A stretch of 64,000 nucleotides of DNA from positions 5,701 to 69,700 of the forward strand of contig JAFABI010000029.1 of NCBI GenBank assembly GCA_023426125.1, written 5' to 3'. Below the pieces are notes generated by a model, which saw only the letters and a list, made by a program, of their open reading frames with translations, was not told where the DNA came from and did not search any database. The stretch's first letter is position 1; each line of letters starts with the position of its first letter. This DNA is from Bacillota bacterium (GTDB taxonomy: Bacteria > Bacillota > Clostridia > Acetivibrionales > DTU013). Below are positions 1-9,563 of this stretch, piece by piece. Both the position numbers and the translations under genes were made by a program.

Positions 1-4
1 AGCA

Positions 5-60
5 GGGGACATCCCTCATCTTAAAAGGGAATATTCCTGCCAGGGAGAGGTTTGTCCCTT
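5..60. repeat. Dispersed GGGGACA...TGTCCC inverted-repeat element (family B), copy at window start
   Basis: GGGGACATCCCTCATC (5-20) faces GAGAGGTTTGTCCCTT (45-60). A perfect GGAATATTCC palindrome (28-37) lies between them. The same arm motif recurs at 14787-14865, 48712-48778 and 49811-49909. Confidence 0.5.
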
Positions 61-76
61 ATCATTATTTTATGAG

Positions 77-1723
77 GTGTATTTTGTGAGAAAAAAATAT
101 CTGTTAAAGATAACATCCGTCCTTTGTGCCGTTGTACTGGGTTCTTCATTTTTATTTACGCAGGAGGCTACTGCCGGGTCGGATAAATTCAGCATGAGCT
201 ATGTTTATTTCGGCAATAACAGCCTATATGGCGATATGGTCGCCAGTACGGGAGGGTCGCTGGATGATATATCTCCCAGCTATTTCGATCTTAATGCGGA
301 CGGGAGCCTGAAGCTGACTCAGGCTCTGGATACTGCCTTCATAAACAAAATGCACCAGGAAGGAGTAAAGGTAACTCCATTTTTAAGCAACCATTGGGAC
401 AGACAGTTAGGAATCAGCGCCTTAAACAACAGGTATGCCCTGGCGGATCAAATTGCCGATGCGGTTTCGAGATACAATCTTGATGGAGTCAATGTCGACC
501 TTGAAAACCTTACGGGAAATGAGCGTGACAGCTATTCCGATTTCGTCAGAATCCTGAGGGAAGCGCTGCCCGCAGAAAAAAGCCTTTCCATCGCGGTTGC
601 TCCCAAACCTTACGCTGTTGAGGCAGGCTGGCAGAAATCCTATGATTATGCCGCGCTTGCCCAATATTGCGACTACCTTATGCTGATGACCTATGACCAG
701 AGCTACCAGGGCGGCCCTGAAGGACCTGTCGCTCCGGCGCAGTTTGTGGAGGACTCTATAAAAAGTGCCCTCAAGGAGGTACCAGCTGAAAAAATCGTGT
801 TGGGGCTGGCATTCTACGGGAGGTACTGGAAACAGGGTTCATCCTACGGGGGCTATGGAGTAAGCGCAGATTATGTTGAGGATCTGATAAAACAATACAG
901 GGGCGTAGTAACCTACGATAAAGTATATCAGTCTCCGAAAGCAGTAATAACAATAAAAAGCGGCGATGTGAAGCCATACGTTTTCGGGTCCGCACTGTCG
1001 GCGGGGAAATATACTATCTGGTATGAGAATGAGCAATCGATAAAATACAAGCTTACGCTGGTGCAGAAATACAACCTGAAAGGCGCCGGCAGTTGGAGCC
1101 TGGGACAGGAATCCCTGAAAACCTGGAACTATTACAAGCTATGGCTGAACGGATTTTATTTTAAGGATGCCGAAGGGCACTGGGCCGTGGATTCCATTAT
1201 CAATGTTGCCAGATTGGAATGGATGAAGGGTGTCTCAGACGCTTCCTTCATGCCCGAAGCATCTCTCAACAGGGCCCAGGCAGCGGTGATACTCGTAAGG
1301 TCACTGGGACTTGAAAATTCAGGGAATAATGGGAATGCCGGCTTCAGCGATATATCCGGCCATTGGGCGGAACAGGAAATTAAAATTGCGAAGCAGTATA
1401 ACATCATCCAAGGGATCGGAAACGGAAAATTCGGTCCGGATCTGCCGGTGACAAGAGAACAGATAGCTACGATGCTGGGCAGGCTGCCGCTGCAACTCCA
1501 GGGTAACTATAACGGTGCATTGGAATTTGGTGATGTAACGGAATCGGGGAATCAATGGTCCTACAATTTCATAAAGAAAATGGCAGGCTACGGAATACTT
1601 CAGGGCTATCCCGACGGGTTATTCCATCCTGCCGATAACATAACCCGCGCCCAGATGGCCGTAATTATGGATAGAACCTCGTCTTATATCGGTGATGGGA
1701 TTATACAATACATTTTTCGATAA
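77..1723 (+). CDS. Secreted glycoside hydrolase family 18 (chitinase/YaaH-like) with three C-terminal SLH cell-wall anchoring domains
   Basis: N-terminal signal peptide (KITSVLCAVVLGSSFLF..ATA). GH18 catalytic motif LDGVNVDLE. Three SLH-like repeats (FKDAEGHWAVDSI.., FSDISGHWAEQEI.., FGDVTESGNQWSYNFI..). GTG start at 77, with an alternative at 86. Confidence 0.85.
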   Translation: MYFVRKKYLLKITSVLCAVVLGSSFLFTQEATAGSDKFSMSYVYFGNNSLYGDMVASTGGSLDDISPSYFDLNADGSLKLTQALDTAFINKMHQEGVKVTPFLSNHWDRQLGISALNNRYALADQIADAVSRYNLDGVNVDLENLTGNERDSYSDFVRILREALPAEKSLSIAVAPKPYAVEAGWQKSYDYAALAQYCDYLMLMTYDQSYQGGPEGPVAPAQFVEDSIKSALKEVPAEKIVLGLAFYGRYWKQGSSYGGYGVSADYVEDLIKQYRGVVTYDKVYQSPKAVITIKSGDVKPYVFGSALSAGKYTIWYENEQSIKYKLTLVQKYNLKGAGSWSLGQESLKTWNYYKLWLNGFYFKDAEGHWAVDSIINVARLEWMKGVSDASFMPEASLNRAQAAVILVRSLGLENSGNNGNAGFSDISGHWAEQEIKIAKQYNIIQGIGNGKFGPDLPVTREQIATMLGRLPLQLQGNYNGALEFGDVTESGNQWSYNFIKKMAGYGILQGYPDGLFHPADNITRAQMAVIMDRTSSYIGDGIIQYIFR

Positions 1724-1825
1724 GTCTATCTTGTAGTCTGATAAAAATACAGTTACTCCCAACCGATATTTATGCTAAAATAGGGATAGATTTGCTTGCA
1801 TAATTTTGTGAGGGGGAAGCAGAAA

Positions 1826-3298
1826 ATGAAAGATGCCGATGTCTCCATCAAGATAGGAAAAAAGACATTTCTCACAGCCGTGGCCATACTGGCCGTCCTG
1901 ATGCTCATCGCAGGAATTCTTACACAGGTGGTTCCTGCCGGCAGCTATCAGAGGGTTGTAGACGGCGGCCGGGAAATCATCGATCCGGATTCATTCAGCT
2001 ATATGCCCAGAGCGGATTATCCTGCATGGAGGTGGCTGACGGCCCCTGTGGAGGTGCTGGGCGGACCGGACGGCCCGATGGTCATTGTCATCATCCTGTT
2101 CATCCTGTCGGTGGCCGGGGCCTTTTCTCTGTTGGAGGGCAGCGGTGTGCTTGCGGCAGTCATCTTAAAAATCGTCCGGCGGTTTGAAAAGCGGAAATAC
2201 ATTCTGATGTCCGTCATTGTGCTGCTGTTTATGTTTTTGGGAGCCGTACTGGGGACTTTTGAAGAAAACATCGCCCTGGTGCCCATTATCATCGCACTGG
2301 CCTGTTTTCTCGGATGGGACTCGCTGACCGGCCTCGGGATGAGTATTCTGGCTTCCTGCTTCGGCTTTGCGGCCGCCATTACAAACCCTTTTTCCATTGC
2401 CATTACACAGAAGCTTGCCGGGCTTCCGCTATATTCCGGTATGGGCTTCCGCGTGCTCATTTTTATTACCTTCTTTCTTATGCTTGAACTATTTCTTATC
2501 CGTTATGCAAAAAAAATCGAGAAAAATCCCGGGCTTTCACTGGTCTACAAGGAAGATGCGCCCCTTCGGGCCAAATACTCCCGGCCGGACGGCATGGACG
2601 CCGGTGTTTCGGGCTCATCCGGAGTGGATCAACGCAGGCTTAACTGTTCCATCCTCTGTTTTTCCGGCATTTTGGCCCTGATTTTGCTTTTTGTGGTCTT
2701 TTCCTCCGTTACACAGATTTTGTCGGACCTGGTGCTGCCGGTCATCGGCCTTCTCTTCCTGGCAGGCGGGATCATTTCTTCCGCCCTTGCGGGCACTGGC
2801 CTGAAAACCGGGTGGGTGACCTTCAGGAAAGCCATTGGCGGCATTCTTCCGGGAGCGGTCCTTATCCTGATGGCCATGAGTGTAAAATTCATCATCAGCC
2901 AGGGCGGGATCATGGATACCATTCTCAACCGGGCTGCGTCGCTGATATCCGGTACGACGCCCTATGCTGCAGTATTTTTGCTCTACCTGCTGGTTCTTTT
3001 GCTGGAAGTATTCATCGGCTCGTCCTCGGCAAAGGCATTTCTTGTCATGCCCATCATCGCCCCGCTTTCCGATCTGACCGGAATTACAAGGCAGACCTCC
3101 GTCCTTGCGTTCTGCTTCGGGGACGGGTTTTCCAACGTGCTGTATCCGACCAATCCGGTTTTGCTGATCTGCCTGGGGCTTACGGTGGTCAGCTATACGC
3201 GGTGGCTGAAGTGGACAATCAAGCTGCAGCTGGTTGTCTTTGCAGTTTCGCTGGCGTTTCTTGCCCTTGCGACGGCCATCGGTTTTGGACCTTATTAA
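1826..3298 (+). CDS. YfcC/DcuC-type multi-pass membrane transporter
   Basis: About 490 aa and highly hydrophobic. The N-terminus (KKTFLTAVAILAVLMLIAGILTQVVPAGSYQR) is typical of YfcC family proteins. Start trimmed to the ATG at 1826, behind a GAGGGGGAAG RBS. Adjacent to an M20 peptidase, as is common for this family. Confidence 0.75.
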   Translation: MKDADVSIKIGKKTFLTAVAILAVLMLIAGILTQVVPAGSYQRVVDGGREIIDPDSFSYMPRADYPAWRWLTAPVEVLGGPDGPMVIVIILFILSVAGAFSLLEGSGVLAAVILKIVRRFEKRKYILMSVIVLLFMFLGAVLGTFEENIALVPIIIALACFLGWDSLTGLGMSILASCFGFAAAITNPFSIAITQKLAGLPLYSGMGFRVLIFITFFLMLELFLIRYAKKIEKNPGLSLVYKEDAPLRAKYSRPDGMDAGVSGSSGVDQRRLNCSILCFSGILALILLFVVFSSVTQILSDLVLPVIGLLFLAGGIISSALAGTGLKTGWVTFRKAIGGILPGAVLILMAMSVKFIISQGGIMDTILNRAASLISGTTPYAAVFLLYLLVLLLEVFIGSSSAKAFLVMPIIAPLSDLTGITRQTSVLAFCFGDGFSNVLYPTNPVLLICLGLTVVSYTRWLKWTIKLQLVVFAVSLAFLALATAIGFGPY

Positions 3299-3339
3299 TT
3301 GGACCTTATTAAATAGAGGATGAGGAGAAGTGAAGGATC

Positions 3340-4737
3340 ATGGAGGCTACGTTTACGGCTGGAGCAAAAAAACTCTCGGAAGCGGTGAAAATAAGGACGG
3401 TTTCAAACATTGACCCCACGAAAACCCAATGGGATCAATTTATACAGCTGCATCACCTTCTGGAGCAGCTTTTTCCCCTGGTGCACCGGAATATGGAGAA
3501 AACGGTTGTCAACACCTACAGTCTGATATTTCACTGGAAAAGCACAACCGGCGGCAAGGGCGGCAGCAGCTCCGGCGCATGCAAAAAGCCCATCCTGTTT
3601 ACTGCGCACATGGATGTGGTGCCGGTGGAAGAGGGGACCGGGCAGGACTGGAAATACGGCCCCTTCAGCGGTGAAATCGCAGATGGCCGCGTATGGGGCA
3701 GGGGAACGCTGGATACCAAGATCCATATGATCGCGGCATTGGAAGCGGCGGAGCGGCTCCTGGCGGAAGGCTATGCCCCTGAAAGGGATGTTTATTTTGC
3801 ATTCGGCCATGATGAGGAAGTAGGAGGGCTGGAAGGCGCTTTCCAGATCGCGGAGCACTTTAAAAAAATAGGAGTGGAATTTGAATTCGTCCTTGATGAA
3901 GGCGGATGCGTGACCGACGAGATCATACCGCAGGTTAAAAGGCCGCTTGCGCTGATTGGTGTGGGGGAAAAGGGGTATGCTAACATCCGGCTGACTGCTT
4001 CGGGAGACGGCGGGCATAGCTCCATGCCGCCCGTGCATTCGGCGCTGGGCATGGTTTCACAGGCGATTTGCCGCCTTGAGAGACGCCGCTGCAAAACCAG
4101 GCTTATCAAGCCTGTAAAGGAGTTCCTTCAAAAAACCGCTCCTTACATGGTCGGGGTGAACCGCTTGATTTTATCCAATTTGTGGCTTTTCAAACCGGTT
4201 TTTCTTGCTGTCTTTTCCAGGACCAAAAGCGGGAGCGCGATGCTTCGGACCACTACTGCCGCCACCATGGCGGAAGCCAGTACGGCGCCGAATGTTCTGC
4301 CGCAAAAGGCTTCGGCCGTCATCAACTTCAGGATTCTGCCGGGAGAAACCGGCCAGGATCTGATCCGCCATATCCGGAAGGTTACCGATGGAATTCCCCT
4401 TGACCTGGAACCTCTGGTACTGGATGAACCTTCGCGTATATCTTCTACGGATACGGAGGGGTATGTGACCATTGAACGATTAACGAAAAGGCTATACCCC
4501 GATGCAGTGGTCGTGCCGTATATTGCGCTGGCCAGCACCGATGCAAGAAAATATGAGCCGGTCTGCCGCAACATCTACAGATTCACACCCTACAGGATCC
4601 ATAATTCGGAAATGGGCATGATGCATGGCACCAATGAGAACATATCCGTTGAAAATGTGGACCGCTGCATTGAGTTTTTTTATCTGGCAATTCAAGGAGT
4701 CTTGACAAGAAAAAAGCTTGATGCAAGGCGGCATTGA
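3340..4737 (+). CDS. M20/M25/M40 family metallopeptidase (carboxypeptidase-like)
   Basis: Metal-ligand motifs HMDVVPV, GRGTLDTK and FGHDEEVGG, with the length expected of an M20 dimerisation-domain enzyme. Confidence 0.85.
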   Translation: MEATFTAGAKKLSEAVKIRTVSNIDPTKTQWDQFIQLHHLLEQLFPLVHRNMEKTVVNTYSLIFHWKSTTGGKGGSSSGACKKPILFTAHMDVVPVEEGTGQDWKYGPFSGEIADGRVWGRGTLDTKIHMIAALEAAERLLAEGYAPERDVYFAFGHDEEVGGLEGAFQIAEHFKKIGVEFEFVLDEGGCVTDEIIPQVKRPLALIGVGEKGYANIRLTASGDGGHSSMPPVHSALGMVSQAICRLERRRCKTRLIKPVKEFLQKTAPYMVGVNRLILSNLWLFKPVFLAVFSRTKSGSAMLRTTTAATMAEASTAPNVLPQKASAVINFRILPGETGQDLIRHIRKVTDGIPLDLEPLVLDEPSRISSTDTEGYVTIERLTKRLYPDAVVVPYIALASTDARKYEPVCRNIYRFTPYRIHNSEMGMMHGTNENISVENVDRCIEFFYLAIQGVLTRKKLDARRH

Positions 4738-4752
4738 CCGGAAGGCATTCAA

Positions 4753-4900
4753 TGTAGGGGCGGCCATTGGCCGTCCGTCCGTGACAATAAGCACAAACCA
4801 TAGTGAACGGTATAGAGTGGCGGAAAAGAAGCATCCCTTGGTGAATAGGATTTTGCTATCATAGATTGCATTCCGCGGACGCGCAATGCGCGCCCCTACA
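4753..4900. repeat. Intergenic GC-rich double-hairpin repeat (family A), long copy
   Basis: Bounded by the 10-bp inverted termini TGTAGGGGCG / CGCCCCTACA. Contains hairpin H1 GGCGGCCATTGGCCGTCC (4759-4776) and hairpin H2 GCGGACGCGCAATGCGCGCCCC (4875-4896). Related copies lie at 31399-31483 and 17638-17692. Confidence 0.6.
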
Positions 4901-4970
4901 CTTCTACAAATACATGTGTCCACTTGGAGGTATGGGTGTTGATTCGAAGGAATGGCGTGGGATAACCCTG

Positions 4971-5510
4971 CTATTCCCTTTGCTTTGTAAGAATGTTGAT
5001 GATTTCCGCATAGATATCCTGGGTGTGGTTTTTCCAGTTGCTGCAGATCGTCCGCGCGTCATTTCTGGTTCCTACCGTCACATTGATTTCCATCAAAGTA
5101 AAATTGTCTTCGCCAACCTTGCAGCGGGCGGTAAACTCATTTTCGCTTTCAGGCATAAAATCCGCCGTTATCAGTGTCTCGTTCCGGATATTCTTGCGAA
5201 TAGCCGCGATGGAATTGTCGATTCTTCCTTTGATCCCGGGGGGAATCAGCCCTGAAAAGTAGCCAAGGCTTTGTTTCCCTGCCTGTGTGATTTTATACGG
5301 CGCTTTGTCGTCCGAAGCCTCCGTTTCCAGGAATTTCCCTTCAAGAAGCTCGTTCAGAAACTGCTGCTGCAGGAAATAATTCATAAATTTGTTTTCCTGG
5401 ATCAATTTCGTTAGCTGCAGGTTGCTTACCGGAACGCTTATTTTATCGATAAGGTATAGCAGAATCAGCTTGTTTTCCACTACTTCCCTGTTGCTTCCCA
5501 GCGAATTCAT
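4971..5510 (-). CDS. DUF4364-family protein (PadR-like putative regulator common in Clostridia)
   Basis: The N-terminus ENKLILLYLIDKISVPVSNLQLTKLIQENKFMNYFLQQQFLNELLEGKFL matches my recollection of the DUF4364 family. Confidence 0.6.
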   Translation of the reverse strand: MNSLGSNREVVENKLILLYLIDKISVPVSNLQLTKLIQENKFMNYFLQQQFLNELLEGKFLETEASDDKAPYKITQAGKQSLGYFSGLIPPGIKGRIDNSIAAIRKNIRNETLITADFMPESENEFTARCKVGEDNFTLMEINVTVGTRNDARTICSNWKNHTQDIYAEIINILTKQRE

Positions 5511-5612
5511 TAAAAAGTCTTCCTTTCATCGGAGCGATATCACCTTAGCGGCGGATGCCATTGCCGGTAAGATGCTTTTCATTATAGCACAAGTAGTGGA
5601 TATATTCCAATA

Positions 5613-5936
5613 TTACCTGTTTGTTTTGGGTTTTACAAGAAATTTGGGATCAATCCCGGCATTCCCCGGTATTAGCATTTTGGGATCACAATTGTATTTT
5701 GGGTTAACAAGAATTCCGCTGTCGTTTGAATTGGAAGTTGCCGCGTTCTTGGTTTCCGGGTCTGTTTTGCCATAGGCTCCGGTGTTTTCCGCATTTGCAT
5801 TATTTACGCCGGAGGTTCCGGAAACATTGGCCGGCTTAACTGCAGCATCCTGCGACTCGCCCATGCTTATTGTTGATGAACAGGTGCCGATGGCTATTGT
5901 ACAGACGACGCATAAAATTATTTTATAGATTTTCAT
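5613..5936 (-). CDS. Small lipoprotein, unknown function
   Basis: Signal peptide with lipobox (VVCTIAIGTC), followed by a low-complexity Asn/Ala/Gly-rich mature part. Confidence 0.5.
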   Translation of the reverse strand: MKIYKIILCVVCTIAIGTCSSTISMGESQDAAVKPANVSGTSGVNNANAENTGAYGKTDPETKNAATSNSNDSGILVNPKYNCDPKMLIPGNAGIDPKFLVKPKTNR

Positions 5937-5995
5937 GAAATCACCTCAAACCTTAGACCGGGTAAATCTGGAAAAAGTTCCGGGCACCCCGGGTG

Positions 5996-7072
5996 CTACA
6001 AAAAATGTGTTTTGATAAAATTATAGAGTTTTGCGCCGGGAGAGCCCTGTGATACTCTAAATAAGGGATTTTTATAGATCATGGTTTTATATGCCGGCAT
6101 ATCCAGAAGGGTCAGTATATTGTCGAAATCCTCATTTTTCATGCCATTCATTGCGATCCTGTATTCATGAAGCACGGCCATTTTTTTAAGGAACGGCTTC
6201 ATCGCTTTATTATAATCCAGCTTCATCGCGATGGATTTTCCTGCCAGCAGTCCGCTGATAACGCAATTAATGGTGCCGAAACCGATGAAATCATCCATAA
6301 ATCCCCCTGCCAGACCGCAAAAATACAAATTGCCGATCTGGACGGGACTAACCCTTCCGATCTTATGCGGGATATCCAGTGTTTTGTTTATCGTATAACT
6401 TATATTTTCCATCATCAGAAAGTTGTTCCAGAAACTGTCCACCTGGTAAGGGTTGATGCCGTTCACAAGCAGGACAAGCTTTGCCTGCTCCTGTGTATCC
6501 GGCACAAAATAAGCGTAGGAAGCTTTTGCATATTCCGTGTTCAGCCACACTTTTATAGAGTCCGTTTTAAATTTCCCGGTAAGTGTGGCCATACGTGAGC
6601 AGGCAGAGTATTTCGTGGTTAAAATCCCCATATCTTCCGCTTCACTCAAGGAGCCGGAAGCAATAACAACATGGTCGAATTTATTTTTTATATCGCGATA
6701 GTATATGTCTGTATTCAGATGGATGGGAGAAGTTAACAATCTTCTGATCTGATTGGTCATAGAGTCGCTGAAGCTCCCCCGTCTAAATACCCATCCCAGA
6801 TTTCCCTTTACGGTGGTGGTTTTGTTGGGCGATTTCATAATTAATTCATTCAATCGGTAGTGGGGAGTGAGATCAAGGTGATGATTCTTTTTCATATAAT
6901 GATAAGGATCGCTAATGGGAATATTGAACATTCTCAGCTGGATTGCCGGGAGTTCAATGTTCTCTCCAATGAGGCTGGACCTTTCGAAAATTTGCGGAAA
7001 TATTCCGTTTCTTTCCAATTCATAAGCGCATGCCAGCCCTGCCAGCCCTGCGCCGATAATAGCCACATTCAT
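5996..7072 (-). CDS. NAD(P)/FAD-dependent oxidoreductase (geranylgeranyl-reductase-like fold), paralogue 1
   Basis: Rossmann dinucleotide motif VAIIGAGLAGLACAYELERNG at the N-terminus and an AGGAGG RBS. Full-length similarity to the ORF at 30312-31391. Confidence 0.8.
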   Translation of the reverse strand: MNVAIIGAGLAGLACAYELERNGIFPQIFERSSLIGENIELPAIQLRMFNIPISDPYHYMKKNHHLDLTPHYRLNELIMKSPNKTTTVKGNLGWVFRRGSFSDSMTNQIRRLLTSPIHLNTDIYYRDIKNKFDHVVIASGSLSEAEDMGILTTKYSACSRMATLTGKFKTDSIKVWLNTEYAKASYAYFVPDTQEQAKLVLLVNGINPYQVDSFWNNFLMMENISYTINKTLDIPHKIGRVSPVQIGNLYFCGLAGGFMDDFIGFGTINCVISGLLAGKSIAMKLDYNKAMKPFLKKMAVLHEYRIAMNGMKNEDFDNILTLLDMPAYKTMIYKNPLFRVSQGSPGAKLYNFIKTHFL

Positions 7073-7399
7073 TGCTTGTCCTCCTGAAATACTGAGTACT
7101 GCAAATTAAAGTACGCGTACCAGTTTTATACTCAACCGGAGTTATTAATACTGTAGCAAAACAAACCTTGACCTATCGGCATTTATGCGCCTTCCGGAAA
7201 TGGTGCGGACGCTTCGTAAGTACTATTTCCGGAAGGATAAATAAAAATGCTTCACTGTAGTATTATATGAAAAAAATCAATAATCATTAAATTCTTTACA
7301 GCATAATTTGTTGGCCCCTCGCAATAATTATTTTGATATGCTATAATCGGATTGGTAATATGCAGGAAAGCATATCAAAGAGGTGGAATTTTGGATCTT

Positions 7400-8074
7400 A
7401 TGCTCAGGCTGGAAGAAAAACTGAAGGAATGGGGAGCTTCCCTCGTTGGGTTTTCCAATGTGCGGGAGAAGCTGGCTCCGGCGCTGAACAAGTATCCGTA
7501 TGCCGTATCCGTCGGCGTCAGGCTTTCGGACGCCATCATTGACGAAATTACGGACAAACCGACATTTACCTATTTCCATCATTATCGTACCGTAAACGCC
7601 CTGATCGATCAGATAACCCTCCGTGGGATGCTGTTGATCCAGGAGTCGGGCTTTAAAGCGCTGGCAGTCCCGGCGTCTCAAACGGTCAATGATGCGGAGG
7701 ACGCCCACTTTGGACTGTTTCAGCATAAGACCGCCGCAGTCATGGCAGGCCTTGGATGGATAGGCAGAAGCGGTCTTTTTATAAGTCGTCTTTACGGGCC
7801 CAGAATAAGGCTGGGGACGCTTCTGACCAATATGCCCGCAGCTTACGCCGGGGAAACCGTGCAACAGAATTGCGGTGATTGCAGGCTTTGCGTGCAAAGC
7901 TGCCCGGCAATGGCATTGACGGGCAACTGCTGGGAGGCCGGCTGCGACAGGAGCAGACTTGTTGATGTAAACGCCTGCAGCAATTATATGACGTCCCGGT
8001 TCAAGCATATTGGCAGAGGAGCGGTATGCGGCATATGCGTACGGGTATGTCCCTGGGGCGCTAAAAACCGCTGA
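7400..8074 (+). CDS. QueG-like / reductive-dehalogenase-like 4Fe-4S double-cluster protein (short form)
   Basis: Two ferredoxin-type cysteine motifs (CGDCRLCVQSCP and CGICVRVCPWG) lie behind a DUF1730-like N-terminal half. Start trimmed to the ATG at 7400. The overlapping antisense 252-aa ORF has no motifs. Confidence 0.7.
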   Translation: MLRLEEKLKEWGASLVGFSNVREKLAPALNKYPYAVSVGVRLSDAIIDEITDKPTFTYFHHYRTVNALIDQITLRGMLLIQESGFKALAVPASQTVNDAEDAHFGLFQHKTAAVMAGLGWIGRSGLFISRLYGPRIRLGTLLTNMPAAYAGETVQQNCGDCRLCVQSCPAMALTGNCWEAGCDRSRLVDVNACSNYMTSRFKHIGRGAVCGICVRVCPWGAKNR

Positions 8075-8282
8075 GGACAATGGCAATACTTTAACAGCGA
8101 TTGTATTACAGCAAAAATTTCATTTATTCGCCCTGCGGATGCATCGCCGACGTCCTGATGCAGTATTTCCTCATGGATAGATTGGTGTTTTTGCCGGTGT
8201 ATTTGTGGTAATAAGTGTAGTAAATGTTACATAAAATATAACTTGCACGGAATTGTACGGATGGACCAATGGGGGTGGACAA

Positions 8283-9563
8283 ATGATAAAAAAGGAAATA
8301 ATCGCCCTTCTGCTGGCGGGAGGGCAGGGGAGCAGGCTGGGAGTACTTACCAAGAAGATAGCCAAGCCTGCCGTGCTTTATGGGGGCAAGTACAGGATCA
8401 TTGATTTTGCGTTGAGCAATTGCGTTAATTCCCGGATCGATACGGTCGGCGTGCTGACCCAATATCAGCCGCTGAAACTGAATTCCCACATAGGCATTGG
8501 AAAGCCATGGGATATGGACCGGATGAACGGCGGTGTGACCATACTTTCGCCATACCTGAAGGAAGAAAGCGGCGACTGGTACAAGGGTACTGCCAATGCG
8601 GTGTTTCAGAACATCGACTATGTGGATAAGCTTGCTCCTCACTATGTCATCATCCTATCCGGAGATCATATTTACAAGATGAATTATTCCGCCATGCTGG
8701 AATTCCATAAGAAATCCGATGCGGACGCCACCATTTCGGTGATCGACGTACCCATGGAAGAGGCATCAAGATATGGGATTATGAATACCTATGAAAACGG
8801 AAAGATCTATGAATTTGAAGAAAAGCCCGCAGCCCCCAAAAGTAGGCTGGCATCCATGGGCGTATATATATTTACCTGGAAGGTGCTGAGGGAATATCTT
8901 GTCAGGGATGACGCCCTCAAGGGCTCGGAGCATGATTTCGGCAAGAACATTATTCCCATGATGCTGTTTGAAGGCCGCAGCATGTGGGCTTATAATTACA
9001 AGGGCTACTGGCGGGATGTAGGGACCATTCAGGCATACTGGGAATCCAATATGGATCTGATAAAGAGAGTTCCCGAATTCAATTTATACGATCCCTCGTG
9101 GAAGATATACACGCCCAACCCTGTAAAGCCTGCGCATTATATCGGACCCGGCGGCAGCGTCAAGACCTCCCTGGTGGCGGAAGGCTGCATGATTTATGGG
9201 AAGGTCCGGAATTCCATACTGTTTCCGGGAGTGTTTGTGGAGGAAGGCGTTGAAATAGAGGATTCCATCATCATGTCCAATTCCAGGATCGGCGCCGGGA
9301 GCAAAATCACGCAGTGCATCTTAAGTGAAAATGTGGAAATCGGAGCCAATGTGGTCGTGGGCAAAGGCGAAAACAGAATCAATGCAAACAAACCGAATAT
9401 CTATAATTCCGGAATAACCGTCATCGGAGAAAGAGCGGTTGTGCCTGACGGAACGGAAATCGGACGGAACGTGATGGTGGATAACAATGCCCTGCCGGAG
9501 GACTTCTGCGGCTTAAGGGTGTCTTCAGGGGAGAATGTCTTCAGGGGGAGTGAATGCGAATGA
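8283..9563 (+). CDS. glgC: Glucose-1-phosphate adenylyltransferase
   Basis: The N-terminus [37 protein letters not shown] and a C-terminal left-handed beta-helix repeat region are classic GlgC. ATG at 8283 lies behind a GGGGGTGG RBS. Confidence 0.95.
   Translation: MIKKEIIALLLAGGQGSRLGVLTKKIAKPAVLYGGKYRIIDFALSNCVNSRIDTVGVLTQYQPLKLNSHIGIGKPWDMDRMNGGVTILSPYLKEESGDWYKGTANAVFQNIDYVDKLAPHYVIILSGDHIYKMNYSAMLEFHKKSDADATISVIDVPMEEASRYGIMNTYENGKIYEFEEKPAAPKSRLASMGVYIFTWKVLREYLVRDDALKGSEHDFGKNIIPMMLFEGRSMWAYNYKGYWRDVGTIQAYWESNMDLIKRVPEFNLYDPSWKIYTPNPVKPAHYIGPGGSVKTSLVAEGCMIYGKVRNSILFPGVFVEEGVEIEDSIIMSNSRIGAGSKITQCILSENVEIGANVVVGKGENRINANKPNIYNSGITVIGERAVVPDGTEIGRNVMVDNNALPEDFCGLRVSSGENVFRGSECE

Noticed and set aside
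7328-8086. 252-aa ORF on the minus strand
   Set aside because: It is antisense to the QueG-like gene. The plus-strand frame carries two CxxCxxCxxxCP ferredoxin motifs, while the minus frame is Ala/Pro/Arg-rich noise.
8124-8642. 172-aa ORF on the minus strand upstream of and into glgC
   Set aside because: It overlaps the conserved glgC N-terminus in antisense. No motif.
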